Shown piece after piece: positions 31,894-41,420 of a stretch of 64,000 nucleotides of DNA (positions are counted from its first letter, which is position 1; each line of letters begins with the position of its first letter). The notes below the pieces were generated by a model, which was given only the letters and a program-made list of their open reading frames with translations, was not told where the DNA came from and did not search any database. The DNA is from Paramoeba atlantica (Eukaryota; Protista; Discosea): the NCBI GenBank assembly GCA_977017575.1, contig CDRNVI010000019.1:248001-312000 (forward strand), read 5' to 3'. The translations under genes and the position numbers were made by a program.

Positions 31894-33759
31894 CTACGAA
31901 GTAAACAAATGATAAAGCGTGCTACTGATTGAGTCAGAACATATTCTTAACGATTGAGTTCGACTTTCCGAAATGCAATCACTTTGCATTGGCTGTGTGT
32001 TGTCGGGCATCAAATCTTTGTCTAAGAATGTCAGAGCGAATTCAGCACTAAGGCGATCCCTTTTTGACTCAACATTCTTAAAATAGCGTTTTAATTCTAA
32101 AGGGGAACGGAAAAAAGTGACTATAGAGTTCGCGGTTTCGGCGCCCACCTGTGGAACATGACATAGCATGCGGTAAAAACTCTGCACACGTTTATCGGTA
32201 TTTCTCATATTATTTACGTGCTGCGTCCATTTCTCTCGGCTACCCGTAAAGACAGATTCGCCTCTATGTTCGCTTCCAGGTAGAATATCCGTCTCTTCTC
32301 CTGGACACGTGGTATCAGCAGGTAAACATATTTCTATATTAGGTTTGCCGGAAGAAATTCTAGAACGTTTCATAGTATGGTGAAACACAGCAGCCTTATC
32401 TACTCTACGTGCTGCTAGCGTGTTTCTCATGGCGGCACTAATTTTTGAGGAAAGTTCGAGGAGAGTTCTAGCGGATTCCTCCATATTTTGTGTGCATATT
32501 ACAGTGAAACCATCTCTAAGTAGAAGCGAATGAATGGAGGCATTTAGAGTAGACTCACTCAAGATTGAATAACGTCCTTTGTGACTTTTTTCTATATTTC
32601 CTTCAATGAGGTACATTACGAAAGGTATGCAGCAGCGCAATAGGCCGACTCTTTGGTCATAAAAACGACCGTCAATTATGCTTGCAGAAAGATCCTGGAT
32701 GGTTTTCCTTTCTATTATATACGGCAACATTCGATTTATTCTATTATAATTTGATGTTTCCGAATATGTCCACACTATGTCTCCTATGGGTAGTTGCTCT
32801 AGTTGAATAAATTGATCATGCTCACTCACACGTGCTATTTCGGATTGATCGTTCAATAATAGCTCTAGGACCTCATCTGTCGGTGAGCTGCGTCCTTTAT
32901 AAACACCAGGTGCTTTTGCAAGCTTACCTTGAGTTGGCCCACCCATCGTAATTTTACGATTCCCTTTGAAGACTTGGCGTAGATTTTCAACTAAGGCTTT
33001 TAAGTTCGGGTCCTCGCGACGGTCGAATATAATGCTTAAATTCCGAAAAGATGTGCAAACATTTGATAATGGAATCTTTTTTGCGAACATGTTGAATCGT
33101 ATTTTGTGGCTCGACGAATCGAAATAGCTAAGGTTCACGTGTGGAGCTGGACTATGTAACTTATTAAATAGATCGCCACGGGCTATGGTTATATGGCTTC
33201 TTTCCTCACACAATCCAGCGTCGAAATCTTGATCCAAACGGTTATGCTGTATTTCATTTCTGTTATGCGTTGCAATATAATGGATATCAAGATTCTGTTT
33301 TCCAGTCTCAGAAGAGAGTGTTGTGTCATCCAGCATTGTAGGACACTTTCTATAACTTTCTATAACTCTTCTGTGGGAAGATGCATTTTGTCGATCCCAC
33401 TCGGCTTTAAGGGCCTCCAAAACGTTTCCTTGTACGCCGTTAATTTCCGCTAATTCCTTGTAAGGACTTTCTATTTCAAGGGGATATCTACTCAATCCTG
33501 CGTAGGCAGCTTTCAAGTGTTGGCTTTTTCGCTCAGGGGTAAGATTTTCTAGCAAGCTTTCGGGACTATCATGAGATGTGGCAGATTTCTGAACTTTCAG
33601 ATCGCATTTTTCCATAGCTTCCTCCAGAAGGCGGAGAAGACTTTCATTAGCGCGTTGCGACATTACATGTAGTAAAAACAACCTACACTTGAAATCACTA
33701 AAAATCATTTTCCCATAAAGGGTCCTTTTCGGGAAAAATATTGGAAGCAATAAATACAC
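31894..33759 (-). CDS. MUS81: Crossover junction endonuclease MUS81
   Basis: N-terminal HhH (LKAAYAGLSRYP..I...ELAEINGV), ERCC4 core LPIGDIVW...IIERKTIQDLSASIIDGRF.DQR, YLIEG, and C-terminal HhH LCHVPQVG. Probable start is the internal MSQRANE. Confidence 0.92.
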   Translation of the reverse strand: MYLLLPIFFPKRTLYGKMIFSDFKCRLFLLHVMSQRANESLLRLLEEAMEKCDLKVQKSATSHDSPESLLENLTPERKSQHLKAAYAGLSRYPLEIESPYKELAEINGVQGNVLEALKAEWDRQNASSHRRVIESYRKCPTMLDDTTLSSETGKQNLDIHYIATHNRNEIQHNRLDQDFDAGLCEERSHITIARGDLFNKLHSPAPHVNLSYFDSSSHKIRFNMFAKKIPLSNVCTSFRNLSIIFDRREDPNLKALVENLRQVFKGNRKITMGGPTQGKLAKAPGVYKGRSSPTDEVLELLLNDQSEIARVSEHDQFIQLEQLPIGDIVWTYSETSNYNRINRMLPYIIERKTIQDLSASIIDGRFYDQRVGLLRCCIPFVMYLIEGNIEKSHKGRYSILSESTLNASIHSLLLRDGFTVICTQNMEESARTLLELSSKISAAMRNTLAARRVDKAAVFHHTMKRSRISSGKPNIEICLPADTTCPGEETDILPGSEHRGESVFTGSREKWTQHVNNMRNTDKRVQSFYRMLCHVPQVGAETANSIVTFFRSPLELKRYFKNVESKRDRLSAEFALTFLDKDLMPDNTQPMQSDCISESRTQSLRICSDSISSTLYHLFTS

Positions 33760-33791
33760 AAGAAAGAGTATGAGTCACGTTTGGATGACTA

Positions 33792-35711
33792 TTAAGACGA
33801 AAAATAGCCATTGGAATGCGCGTATGACACAAGTCTTTCCAATAAAACAGAGCTGTGTATGGGAATCGTTGAAGCAAGGAATCTTCCGTATGCTGGAGCA
33901 CTGTTTGCGTTTCCTGCAGTATAGAAGGGCGCGGGTCCATCGCAGACTGCAAACTGTATGAGTCTTTTATCGTGTGCCTTGGTCTCGTGTTTGGTTTCAG
34001 TGAAATTAGTGGTTTCCTCAGTGCGACATTTCTTCGACACAGGTTCTAACCTTTGTACGATAAAATGGGTCATATGTTGATTGACAACTGGGCGCACGCC
34101 AGACAACCCAGTGCGGAATGCACTACTAATTTTCATGCAATTCTCTGCATTGATCCCAGATACCAGACCATCATCATTTACGCCCATGAATAAGATACCT
34201 CCGTAGGTGTTCAGAAAAGATGTTGCATACGTACATGCTCGTTGAACATGTACTCTTAGGATCTTTGAGGTACATGTATCATCAATGGAAGGTGATTTTT
34301 CGCGAGTACCCGCGTCGGTTTTATGAAGCTCGTTTTCATCGGAGGCACTGCTAGATTTAAATTCCCGAAAAGACGTTTCGAAGGACTGGTTACCGTTGAG
34401 CTGGTCACCTACTCTGAGTACAGTCGTCTGCCGCGAGAACAGTTTCAGTAATTTTTGCTTGCAAAGTTTACCTGAAACAGAAAAAGCTGTGCGCGTCCGA
34501 TTATTCATATTGCTAACAATGCCTGCTATGCATTTAGTAATGTCCATATTTCGTGGAAGTCCGCTAGATTTTTCACGTATCGAAGATGAGGAAGTTGCAT
34601 TTATTGGCAAGGTATCCTCGGTCTCACCAATTCGGCTCATGTTGTTTAACATGGCAAGTTTTTGTATCTGTCTCAGTGTAGAAGACAGAGAAGGGGGCGT
34701 GTACAATACATGTAATTGGAGTTCGTGCAACCGTATACAGACGTTGGGTAAGACACATTCGCTTTCTTTGCGAGCAGCGTCGTTCGATGTAAAATTTAAT
34801 GCATCTAGAGGAGTTTCCTGTTGAAGGTTCGAAAAAGCGCCTATTCCGCATTCTACAACTACGTTGTAAAGTGGACACTGCGGTTTCCTCGTAGTGTTTT
34901 TCCAATTGCACGCATAAGCTGCTTGCAATGCCCGGCTTCCCCCCACCCGAATCAGTGAAGTTGTATCCAAGTGATAGCTCATTCGGCTGAAAGTGCTGTA
35001 TTCAAGATTTGTGTAGATTTCCGAAGCGACCTTGTGGTTTTTTGCGGGAGTTCGTATGTAGCCGACAGTCACAAGACTTTTTTGTTTTCTGTTCCGGGCA
35101 GCTAAAAACCAGCGATACATTTTACACGGTGAGTACGTTGTGCATCCTTCGTCGGGACAGATGGCAACAACGGTTAGGCACAACAGCACATAATTTCCCC
35201 ACTGAGATTCGCGACCAAGAAACTGTTTACCGGGATGCATAAGAGTCCGAAGTACTGGAATGGCAAACAGTTGGAGTATTCTACCAAATTGCGCGCTCCT
35301 GGTACAATTTACATCCGTAGAATCCAATGTATTGAGTCTATGCTCGTTGTCTATAGTGTAAATTATCCTATCAAACGCGCTACATCGCATCAGATTCGGA
35401 TAATATTCAGCTAATGAATTCTGTATGCGAAGCCGAAGAATAATTTCGTATCCTTCCGTCTTCCTTTCATAGTCTTCTGGAAAAATCTCCTGAATATTTC
35501 TGGGATCTGTAGGAGGCACGATTTGCTCTGTGAGCAAAGCATCAATGTAGATACAATAACTATCCCGCAGTGCACGCCAATCCGGAGAGGTGTACGAACT
35601 AATACGAATTATGTCTAGGACGCCTCCGTTCGGTGTGTTTAGCAAAGCGCATATGTATGCAGTAGTTTGACGAATATTTTCCGCTTCGACCAAAAAATGC
35701 GATCGAGACAT
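33792..35711 (-). CDS. Schlafen/AlbA_2-domain protein with two lobes
   Basis: N-terminal YICALLNTPNGGVL. C-terminal ETSFREFK...YATSFLNTYGGILFMGVNDDGLVSGI. Confidence 0.82.
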   Translation of the reverse strand: MSRSHFLVEAENIRQTTAYICALLNTPNGGVLDIIRISSYTSPDWRALRDSYCIYIDALLTEQIVPPTDPRNIQEIFPEDYERKTEGYEIILRLRIQNSLAEYYPNLMRCSAFDRIIYTIDNEHRLNTLDSTDVNCTRSAQFGRILQLFAIPVLRTLMHPGKQFLGRESQWGNYVLLCLTVVAICPDEGCTTYSPCKMYRWFLAARNRKQKSLVTVGYIRTPAKNHKVASEIYTNLEYSTFSRMSYHLDTTSLIRVGGSRALQAAYACNWKNTTRKPQCPLYNVVVECGIGAFSNLQQETPLDALNFTSNDAARKESECVLPNVCIRLHELQLHVLYTPPSLSSTLRQIQKLAMLNNMSRIGETEDTLPINATSSSSIREKSSGLPRNMDITKCIAGIVSNMNNRTRTAFSVSGKLCKQKLLKLFSRQTTVLRVGDQLNGNQSFETSFREFKSSSASDENELHKTDAGTREKSPSIDDTCTSKILRVHVQRACTYATSFLNTYGGILFMGVNDDGLVSGINAENCMKISSAFRTGLSGVRPVVNQHMTHFIVQRLEPVSKKCRTEETTNFTETKHETKAHDKRLIQFAVCDGPAPFYTAGNANSAPAYGRFLASTIPIHSSVLLERLVSYAHSNGYFSS

Positions 35712-36342
35712 TTCTCAGCAATCGTTACCTCTTTAATCAGAGAGCGCTAGTGAGCTTTGCGTCTTAAGCCAATGTTGCGTCACAAATCATCCGAGGATAA
35801 GCGGTGTCACGTAAAAAAATTCTTAAGAAATTATAATGCTTTCCAAAATGGAGGAAGAGATAAACTAATATTTGTTCTGATAGTATCATAATATCCATTA
35901 TGAAGTACAAAGCATGTTTATGCGAAATTTCTATGCGAAACACCAGCACAATACATAAAAATGATGCGACTAAAGTAATGTAGTAATACCATGAAGTATT
36001 TCTGAGAAATACAAGAAATTTTATTCCGAGAAAGATCGTCCCGGACGAAATGTTCAACGGTTTTTAAAACCATTGACATTTAGAGCCACTGGATATCGCC
36101 TACTCCTCTAAAGCACCATATACATGATGCACATGTTCGCAAAAAAGAGAATTTTGTACAAAACAAAGAGTCACAAATTCTTCATAAAGCAGCAACGCCC
36201 AAGTATCGCCGTTGGCTTGCTAATCAGTCTAAAGCAACAATGATTTTGGTGCCCCCTTTTTCTGTAACAATCTTTTCTGTAGCAAATACGTCGCCCACGT
36301 ATTTCACAACCATACAAGAGCCCAAAAATTAAGCAAGTACTC

Positions 36343-37485
36343 TTACTCAACAGGTGAAGATCGGGGCTCAAGAGGGGGGGACCATGCAGGTGTCCGCCGA
36401 TTCATAATTTGGCTTTCACCAGGGCTGTTGCTCCCAGGGGTGGTCATACCTCCTCGCGTTATTACGCCAGTCAAATGTCCTTCAAGAGTCGACGTAACAA
36501 ACTGAAAAGCCTCTTCTACACTGTCCGTAAAGCAAATGTCGTCAATGTCGTCCTGTGAAATGGTTCCAAGATCTGCAAGCGCTTGCCAATTCAACACTGT
36601 CTTCCAGTAGGATGCCCCAAAGAGAACAATGGGCATTCTCTTTACCTTCCCTGTCTGCTTTAACGTTAGCATTTCGAAGAGCTCATCAAAAGTGCCAAAA
36701 CCTCCAGGAGCAATCACTAACGCTTTCGCACAGTACATCATCCAGAATTTCCGGGTGAAGAAATAGTGAAACTCAAATGCGAGGGAGGGGCTCACATGGT
36801 GGTTGATCCCTTTCTCAAACGTCAACGAAATCGCCATCCCCATGCTTTGTGCCCCGGGTACCTGACGTGCCCCTCGGTTTGCGGCCTCCATGAACCCCGG
36901 ACCTCCACCTGTACAGATCAGCAATGGCTGCGCCACGGCATCCTCGGTGGCGTAATCCCGGGCGTACATCGGGGGATTTTGTTCCAGCTTCCGGCGTAGC
37001 GTTTCATTGTTCGTGGCCCACTCCGTGAGTCGGCGCGCGAGTTCCTGAACGCCGCCGTAGAGCTGCCCCATCCACCGTGTGCGCTGCAACTTGCGGAGCT
37101 CACCCTGCAGCTTTGTCTTCTCCTCCCCGTCGACGGCGTCAATCTTCGCGATGAGATCGTTCTCCGTACGGGCATAGTCCTCCGGGCTCATGGCACGTGC
37201 GGAACCAAAAAACAGAATTGTTCCCATGACACCGCTCTGACTTAACCGCTGGGCGGGTTCCTCGAACTCGCACATAATTCGAATTTGTCGTGCCGCGTGG
37301 GACTCCATGAAGGAGTCGTTACGGTAGGCCTTTATGGTAGATACCATTCGCTGGGAAGTGGTTTCACTCATGATGTACGGCGCATCTGCGTCACCAGAAC
37401 GTGCAATAGTGCTCGTGGTCCTTTCCTCGAGCCCGGTGGCTTCCAATGTGGGAATTAGCAACTCGTCTAGAATGGAATTGCTCAT
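36343..37485 (-). CDS. LOG family nucleotide phosphoribohydrolase (lysine decarboxylase-like)
   Basis: ILFFGSAR, CTGGGPGFMEAANRGA, FHYFFTRKFW and the signature PGGFGTFDE. Confidence 0.93.
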   Translation of the reverse strand: MSNSILDELLIPTLEATGLEERTTSTIARSGDADAPYIMSETTSQRMVSTIKAYRNDSFMESHAARQIRIMCEFEEPAQRLSQSGVMGTILFFGSARAMSPEDYARTENDLIAKIDAVDGEEKTKLQGELRKLQRTRWMGQLYGGVQELARRLTEWATNNETLRRKLEQNPPMYARDYATEDAVAQPLLICTGGGPGFMEAANRGARQVPGAQSMGMAISLTFEKGINHHVSPSLAFEFHYFFTRKFWMMYCAKALVIAPGGFGTFDELFEMLTLKQTGKVKRMPIVLFGASYWKTVLNWQALADLGTISQDDIDDICFTDSVEEAFQFVTSTLEGHLTGVITRGGMTTPGSNSPGESQIMNRRTPAWSPPLEPRSSPVE

Positions 37486-37685
37486 CTCGTGAGAGAACGT
37501 TTAAGAAATACTGAAAAGGTTGACTTCCTTTTACGTCAATAATAAAAATGGCTCTGACCTGTAATAAAGCATACACTTCATTACAATAATTTATTATGCC
37601 TTATACTTAGAGAATATAAATAAAACGTAATTTAGTACTGCAAATTGGAAATGTACACTACATTTATGTATGTATGCTCGACTCC

Positions 37686-38735
37686 CTAGGATTTGAAGTA
37701 GGGGTCTGACATTTGCTTTTCAATTCGGTAGCACATCAAAAGATTACGAATATCCTGTAGTATGGAATGCAAGTTATCAAGACGCTGATGTAAAATACTC
37801 GCATCGTGGAATACATTTCCAAGCCATCGTACAGAATCAGTGGCCAAATTTTTATGCTCTACCTTCCAAAAATCATAACTAGATTGTATTGATTTAACAA
37901 GCTCGTTGTGCTTTTCCAACTGCGTATATATTCGATCGTATAAGTTGTACAGAGCTTCGAACCTACTTTTGACCGTCTCATATTCGGATTCTGAATTCAG
38001 AGCAATAGGCATATCAAGAAGGGAATATTTTGTACTGCATGAATCTGGAGAACTTACATCCTCCGTGAAGGGAAACGTCTCCGGAAGAATTTGTAAGGTA
38101 AGTTCATGTGATCCATATTTGTCGAGATAATTCTCTGTCGGACGTTCCAGACCCTTTGATTTGCACCACTTCGCTAAATCTTCACATGGATCAAGCAGAT
38201 AGTTCCCCTTCCGATTCCTTTCTTCGATCTGTATGTTGTTAGTACATGATTGCTCTTGTTTCATGCTTTGTGCTTGTCTGTTTATGTCGTTTTCGACAGA
38301 ATCGCTGATAGTTTCATGTATGCTTGCCACTGGTTTGCCTTCCACGCGGTCTATGACGGCTTGAAGAAAAACACTATCTGCATCGGATTCGTTGTGGTGA
38401 TGCACTTTGTAAGAGCTTTGCTGCGTATCACGGCTCTGGACTGGGCATGAAAGCAGATTTAGAGAAGGTATGTCACTAAGCCACTGTGGATAGTTTGTAC
38501 ATTCTTTTGGGGAATGGTCCACCTGTGTAAAAAGGCGGATTTCCGGGTTCCAGGATTTCGATGAAAGATTTTCGAACGACGATACTTGTTCTACTTCGCC
38601 CCGATTACCGACATCAGTGTCACATACTATTATCTGGTACAAATTTTGTCCGTTCTTTCTTTGCTTCAGGTCAGTAGAAAGCGCTTCGGAAATACTAGAG
38701 ATGGGGTCTAATATTACCGAACCTAAGTTGTACAT
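37686..38735 (-). CDS. Hypothetical protein with C-terminal coiled coil
   Basis: 349-aa ATG ORF on the cluster strand with a heptad-like C-terminus. No family assigned. Confidence 0.65.
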   Translation of the reverse strand: MYNLGSVILDPISSISEALSTDLKQRKNGQNLYQIIVCDTDVGNRGEVEQVSSFENLSSKSWNPEIRLFTQVDHSPKECTNYPQWLSDIPSLNLLSCPVQSRDTQQSSYKVHHHNESDADSVFLQAVIDRVEGKPVASIHETISDSVENDINRQAQSMKQEQSCTNNIQIEERNRKGNYLLDPCEDLAKWCKSKGLERPTENYLDKYGSHELTLQILPETFPFTEDVSSPDSCSTKYSLLDMPIALNSESEYETVKSRFEALYNLYDRIYTQLEKHNELVKSIQSSYDFWKVEHKNLATDSVRWLGNVFHDASILHQRLDNLHSILQDIRNLLMCYRIEKQMSDPYFKS

Positions 38736-39148
38736 TTTAGCTAGTGCAAAAAAGCAATAGAGTTGAGTCCTACAACTTGTACATTAGGCTCATTGTTTTA
38801 GCACACGCATTAGTGGAAAAGTTGACTTTTGGTTTCTAAGAAAAGGTTCTATGGAGTAAGCTCACTGTTAAGATACTATGGGACTTACTCATAATAATCC
38901 TGTACGACTTAATTAATTTCTCATTTTCGCTATTAACAATATGTATGGCTGACCATATGATAATTACATGGTTGAAACTCATAGAATACAATGCAAATAA
39001 AAGGTTTCAATAACAGAAATGCGTACGTGTAAACATTTTTTTCGTTTTGGCTACGAAATGTGATACCATTATGTAGCGTATGCAACATATGGGTTTATTA
39101 CAATACATACCATACATATCTGTTGGGTAAAAAATATATTTATGACAC

Positions 39149-39505
39149 TCATGGAAAAATATTTCGACTGATTGCCACGTCATATAATGAATCATCGACT
39201 TCATCATTCCACTCGGTAGCAATGGAATCAAGACACTCTTGCAACTTCATTTCTGCTCTTTTTTCTTGCATGTAGTGCAAAAAAGGAACTTTTGACATGG
39301 TATTGCTAGGGCGCATCCAATCCATCACAAGCAACGGAAAAAATGTGTAATATTGCCAGTACCAGTGCATCATTTGCGAAGGAAGCAACCATGTACTAAT
39401 TGCGTCCATGTGTCGATGTGGTGTTTGGTAAAGATTTAATGACTTGGAATGCAGAGGCGTCCTACGCAACCCAATGCGACACATAGCAGGAAATCGGCGT
39501 TGCAT
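39149..39505 (-). CDS. Nuclear-encoded kinetoplastid-type mitochondrial ATP synthase subunit 8
   Basis: PHRHMDAISTWLLPS..MHWYW...SKVPFLHYMQEKRAEMKL..LD...TEW...AISR aligns with my recollection of T. brucei subunit 8 (PRRHLEPMSTW...NKLPVIHFLQEKRAEQKL...TEW...AITR). Confidence 0.75.
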   Translation of the reverse strand: MQRRFPAMCRIGLRRTPLHSKSLNLYQTPHRHMDAISTWLLPSQMMHWYWQYYTFFPLLVMDWMRPSNTMSKVPFLHYMQEKRAEMKLQECLDSIATEWNDEVDDSLYDVAISRNIFP

Positions 39506-39634
39506 TATGAGTTAAAAGATAGGAAAATCTCTGATCACGTTTTCTTATAGATACTTCTTATAAATTTAATACAATGCATACAATGTATAATTTAACATCT
39601 TATGAATAAAGACAGACTAAAGAACTTAACTAAA

Positions 39635-39722
39635 TACCGTTAGTACCACTTGACTTTGCTGGAAGAACACCGAAAAATCTGGTATTTGTGCAATGTGAGG
39701 GGATGTGCAAAATGAAGAGGGT
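39635..39722. mobile_element. Decayed terminal fragment of the CCGTTAG-TIR element family
   Basis: TA|CCGTTAGTACCACTTGACTTTGC at 39635-39659 matches the TIR at 62831. The downstream TTTGTGCAATGTGAGGGGATGTGCAAA resembles the reverse complement of 63660-63700. Confidence 0.65.
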
Positions 39723-40132
39723 CACTATTAAAGGGGGGTTACAGTATTTACAGGTAATATATAAATAATAAATACAATGTGGGGGGCTGCGGGGAGGCTA
39801 AAATGTGATCACGCGAGGTCCCGGATGTTCAAATCCACTGCACCACCCCATTGTCGACTCCAGCACACAGCTTTTTTCACCATAGTCGATCGTCATTCCT
39901 TCTTTCTGCTCGTCACCATAGTCGAACATCGTTCCTTTTTCCTTTCAACATAAAAATTTACCCAGAGTATTTAAAGAAAGCATAGTGCAAGTGTAAGATT
40001 TGAGTAAGAAATCTTATTAGACAAGAATTTATTCACCTTTACAAAATGCTCAAATTTATTGTCATTAAATTTCCAGCACTAACAGACTAACTTTACCAGC
40101 TTTCTCACGTACATTTGCTTACTTAGCGTCTT

Positions 40133-41010
40133 TTACTTACGCAGTTCATTCACAAAATCCAATGGAGAACGATATTTTAATTATTTCCGAGGACGACTGT
40201 TCGATTCCAATGCTGTTTTGTTAAATTCACTTTGGTTCAAATTCTCAAAAGATTCGGTTTTCGGATGGAATTGTCGGATCAAACCGTTTGCATGTTCCGC
40301 AGACCCTTTCTCCCACGAATGGTACGAAGCGCGAAAGAATGACTTGCATTTTAATTCTTTGATTACTTCATCATGGTGCCAGAATTCTGTTCCGTTGTCG
40401 TATGTGATCGTCCGAACCCTGTGTTCTTTAACCCGTCTACAATTTGTTTGCTTACCCCCTTCGCGCGCTTAGATTCCAACTTCAGAAGAACAAGGAAGCG
40501 GCTTTTACGCTCGCACAGGGTAAGAATATATCCGATATGTCCTCGGCCGTCGACCAAGTCTGCTTCCCAATCGCCGTAGCGCCGACGCTTATTGACTACT
40601 TCTGGTCGATTTTCAAGTGGCGTTCGGTTGGGAATCGCGCTGCGATCAGGTCTGGTGCGACGACGGTATGGCCTCTTTCGCCGGATCCGCAAATGGGTGT
40701 ACAACTTGCCGCCCAAGGACGCGTTGCGACGAATGTGGCGATATATGGTGGAAGTCGAGGCGGTACGACAGCTCCGGATCGTATTTGCATTCTGTTCCGG
40801 GCTGTGTTTCTTTTGAAGTCGAGAGCTGAGTTCCTCTTCCAAAAGGTTTTGTATCTTGTGAGGCTTGACTCTTTTACACGAGAGGCGTCTTTTCGAAATG
40901 CGCTGTGCTCTCGTCCCCTCATAGCGCTGACCCCTTCTTGCATTACGCGCCAACTCGAGACAAACAGTGCTGTGACTTTTGCCAATTATGCGAGCTAAAG
41001 TGGTGCGTTG
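40133..41010 (-). pseudogene. IS30-family transposase pseudogene (bacterial type)
   Basis: HTH GKSHSTVCLELARN, SPEQ..STIYR, YGDWEADLV, LTLCERKSRF. After a frameshift near 40420: RTITYDNGTEF...SWEKGSAEHANGLIRQF (D-x33-E), then RPRK*LKYRSP with a nonsense codon. Confidence 0.92.
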
Positions 41011-41420
41011 GTGTTGACAATCTGCCGGTCTCTCGGTAGAGGATTTGGTGCGGGAAGGTGGAAGTACAGTGTGAGGGACTGCGAGACGAGAGTATCTCGT
41101 TACACGTTATCTCAGATAACGTGAGATCTCTCGGCACAGAATTTGGGTCGGGTAATTGGACGATGTCAAAACAAGATCACCCAAGATCATACCTACAGCC
41201 TCTCATGTACAACAATGTATTTCAATATTTCATGTTCAATGAACAACACAATAGTAGTTATGATCCATGCTCTATATTTCACTTCGGGAGTGAGATTCTA
41301 CGATTTTTAAGGTCGACACAATGCATACATTTCAATAGGCTAATCCGATGTCAATTTCGTTCAGTCAACAGCGCTCCGGAGACTTCTCCAGTGGTTCTAT
41401 CGCTTCTTTGGTTCTTCACA

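Noticed and set aside
33759-33792. Functional linkage of Schlafen-like and MUS81 (both fork-related in mammals)
   Set aside because: Neighbouring genes in kinetoplastid polycistronic clusters are generally not functionally related, so adjacency alone is not evidence.
35764-36057. 97-aa hydrophobic ORF between Schlafen-like and LOG
   Set aside because: It starts at TTG with an in-frame stop just upstream, and AT-rich DNA readily yields F/L/I-rich frames. It cannot be supported without transcripts.
39780-39850. tRNA-like stretch ending GTTCAAATCC...CACCA
   Set aside because: No A-box, and the stems cannot be paired into a cloverleaf.
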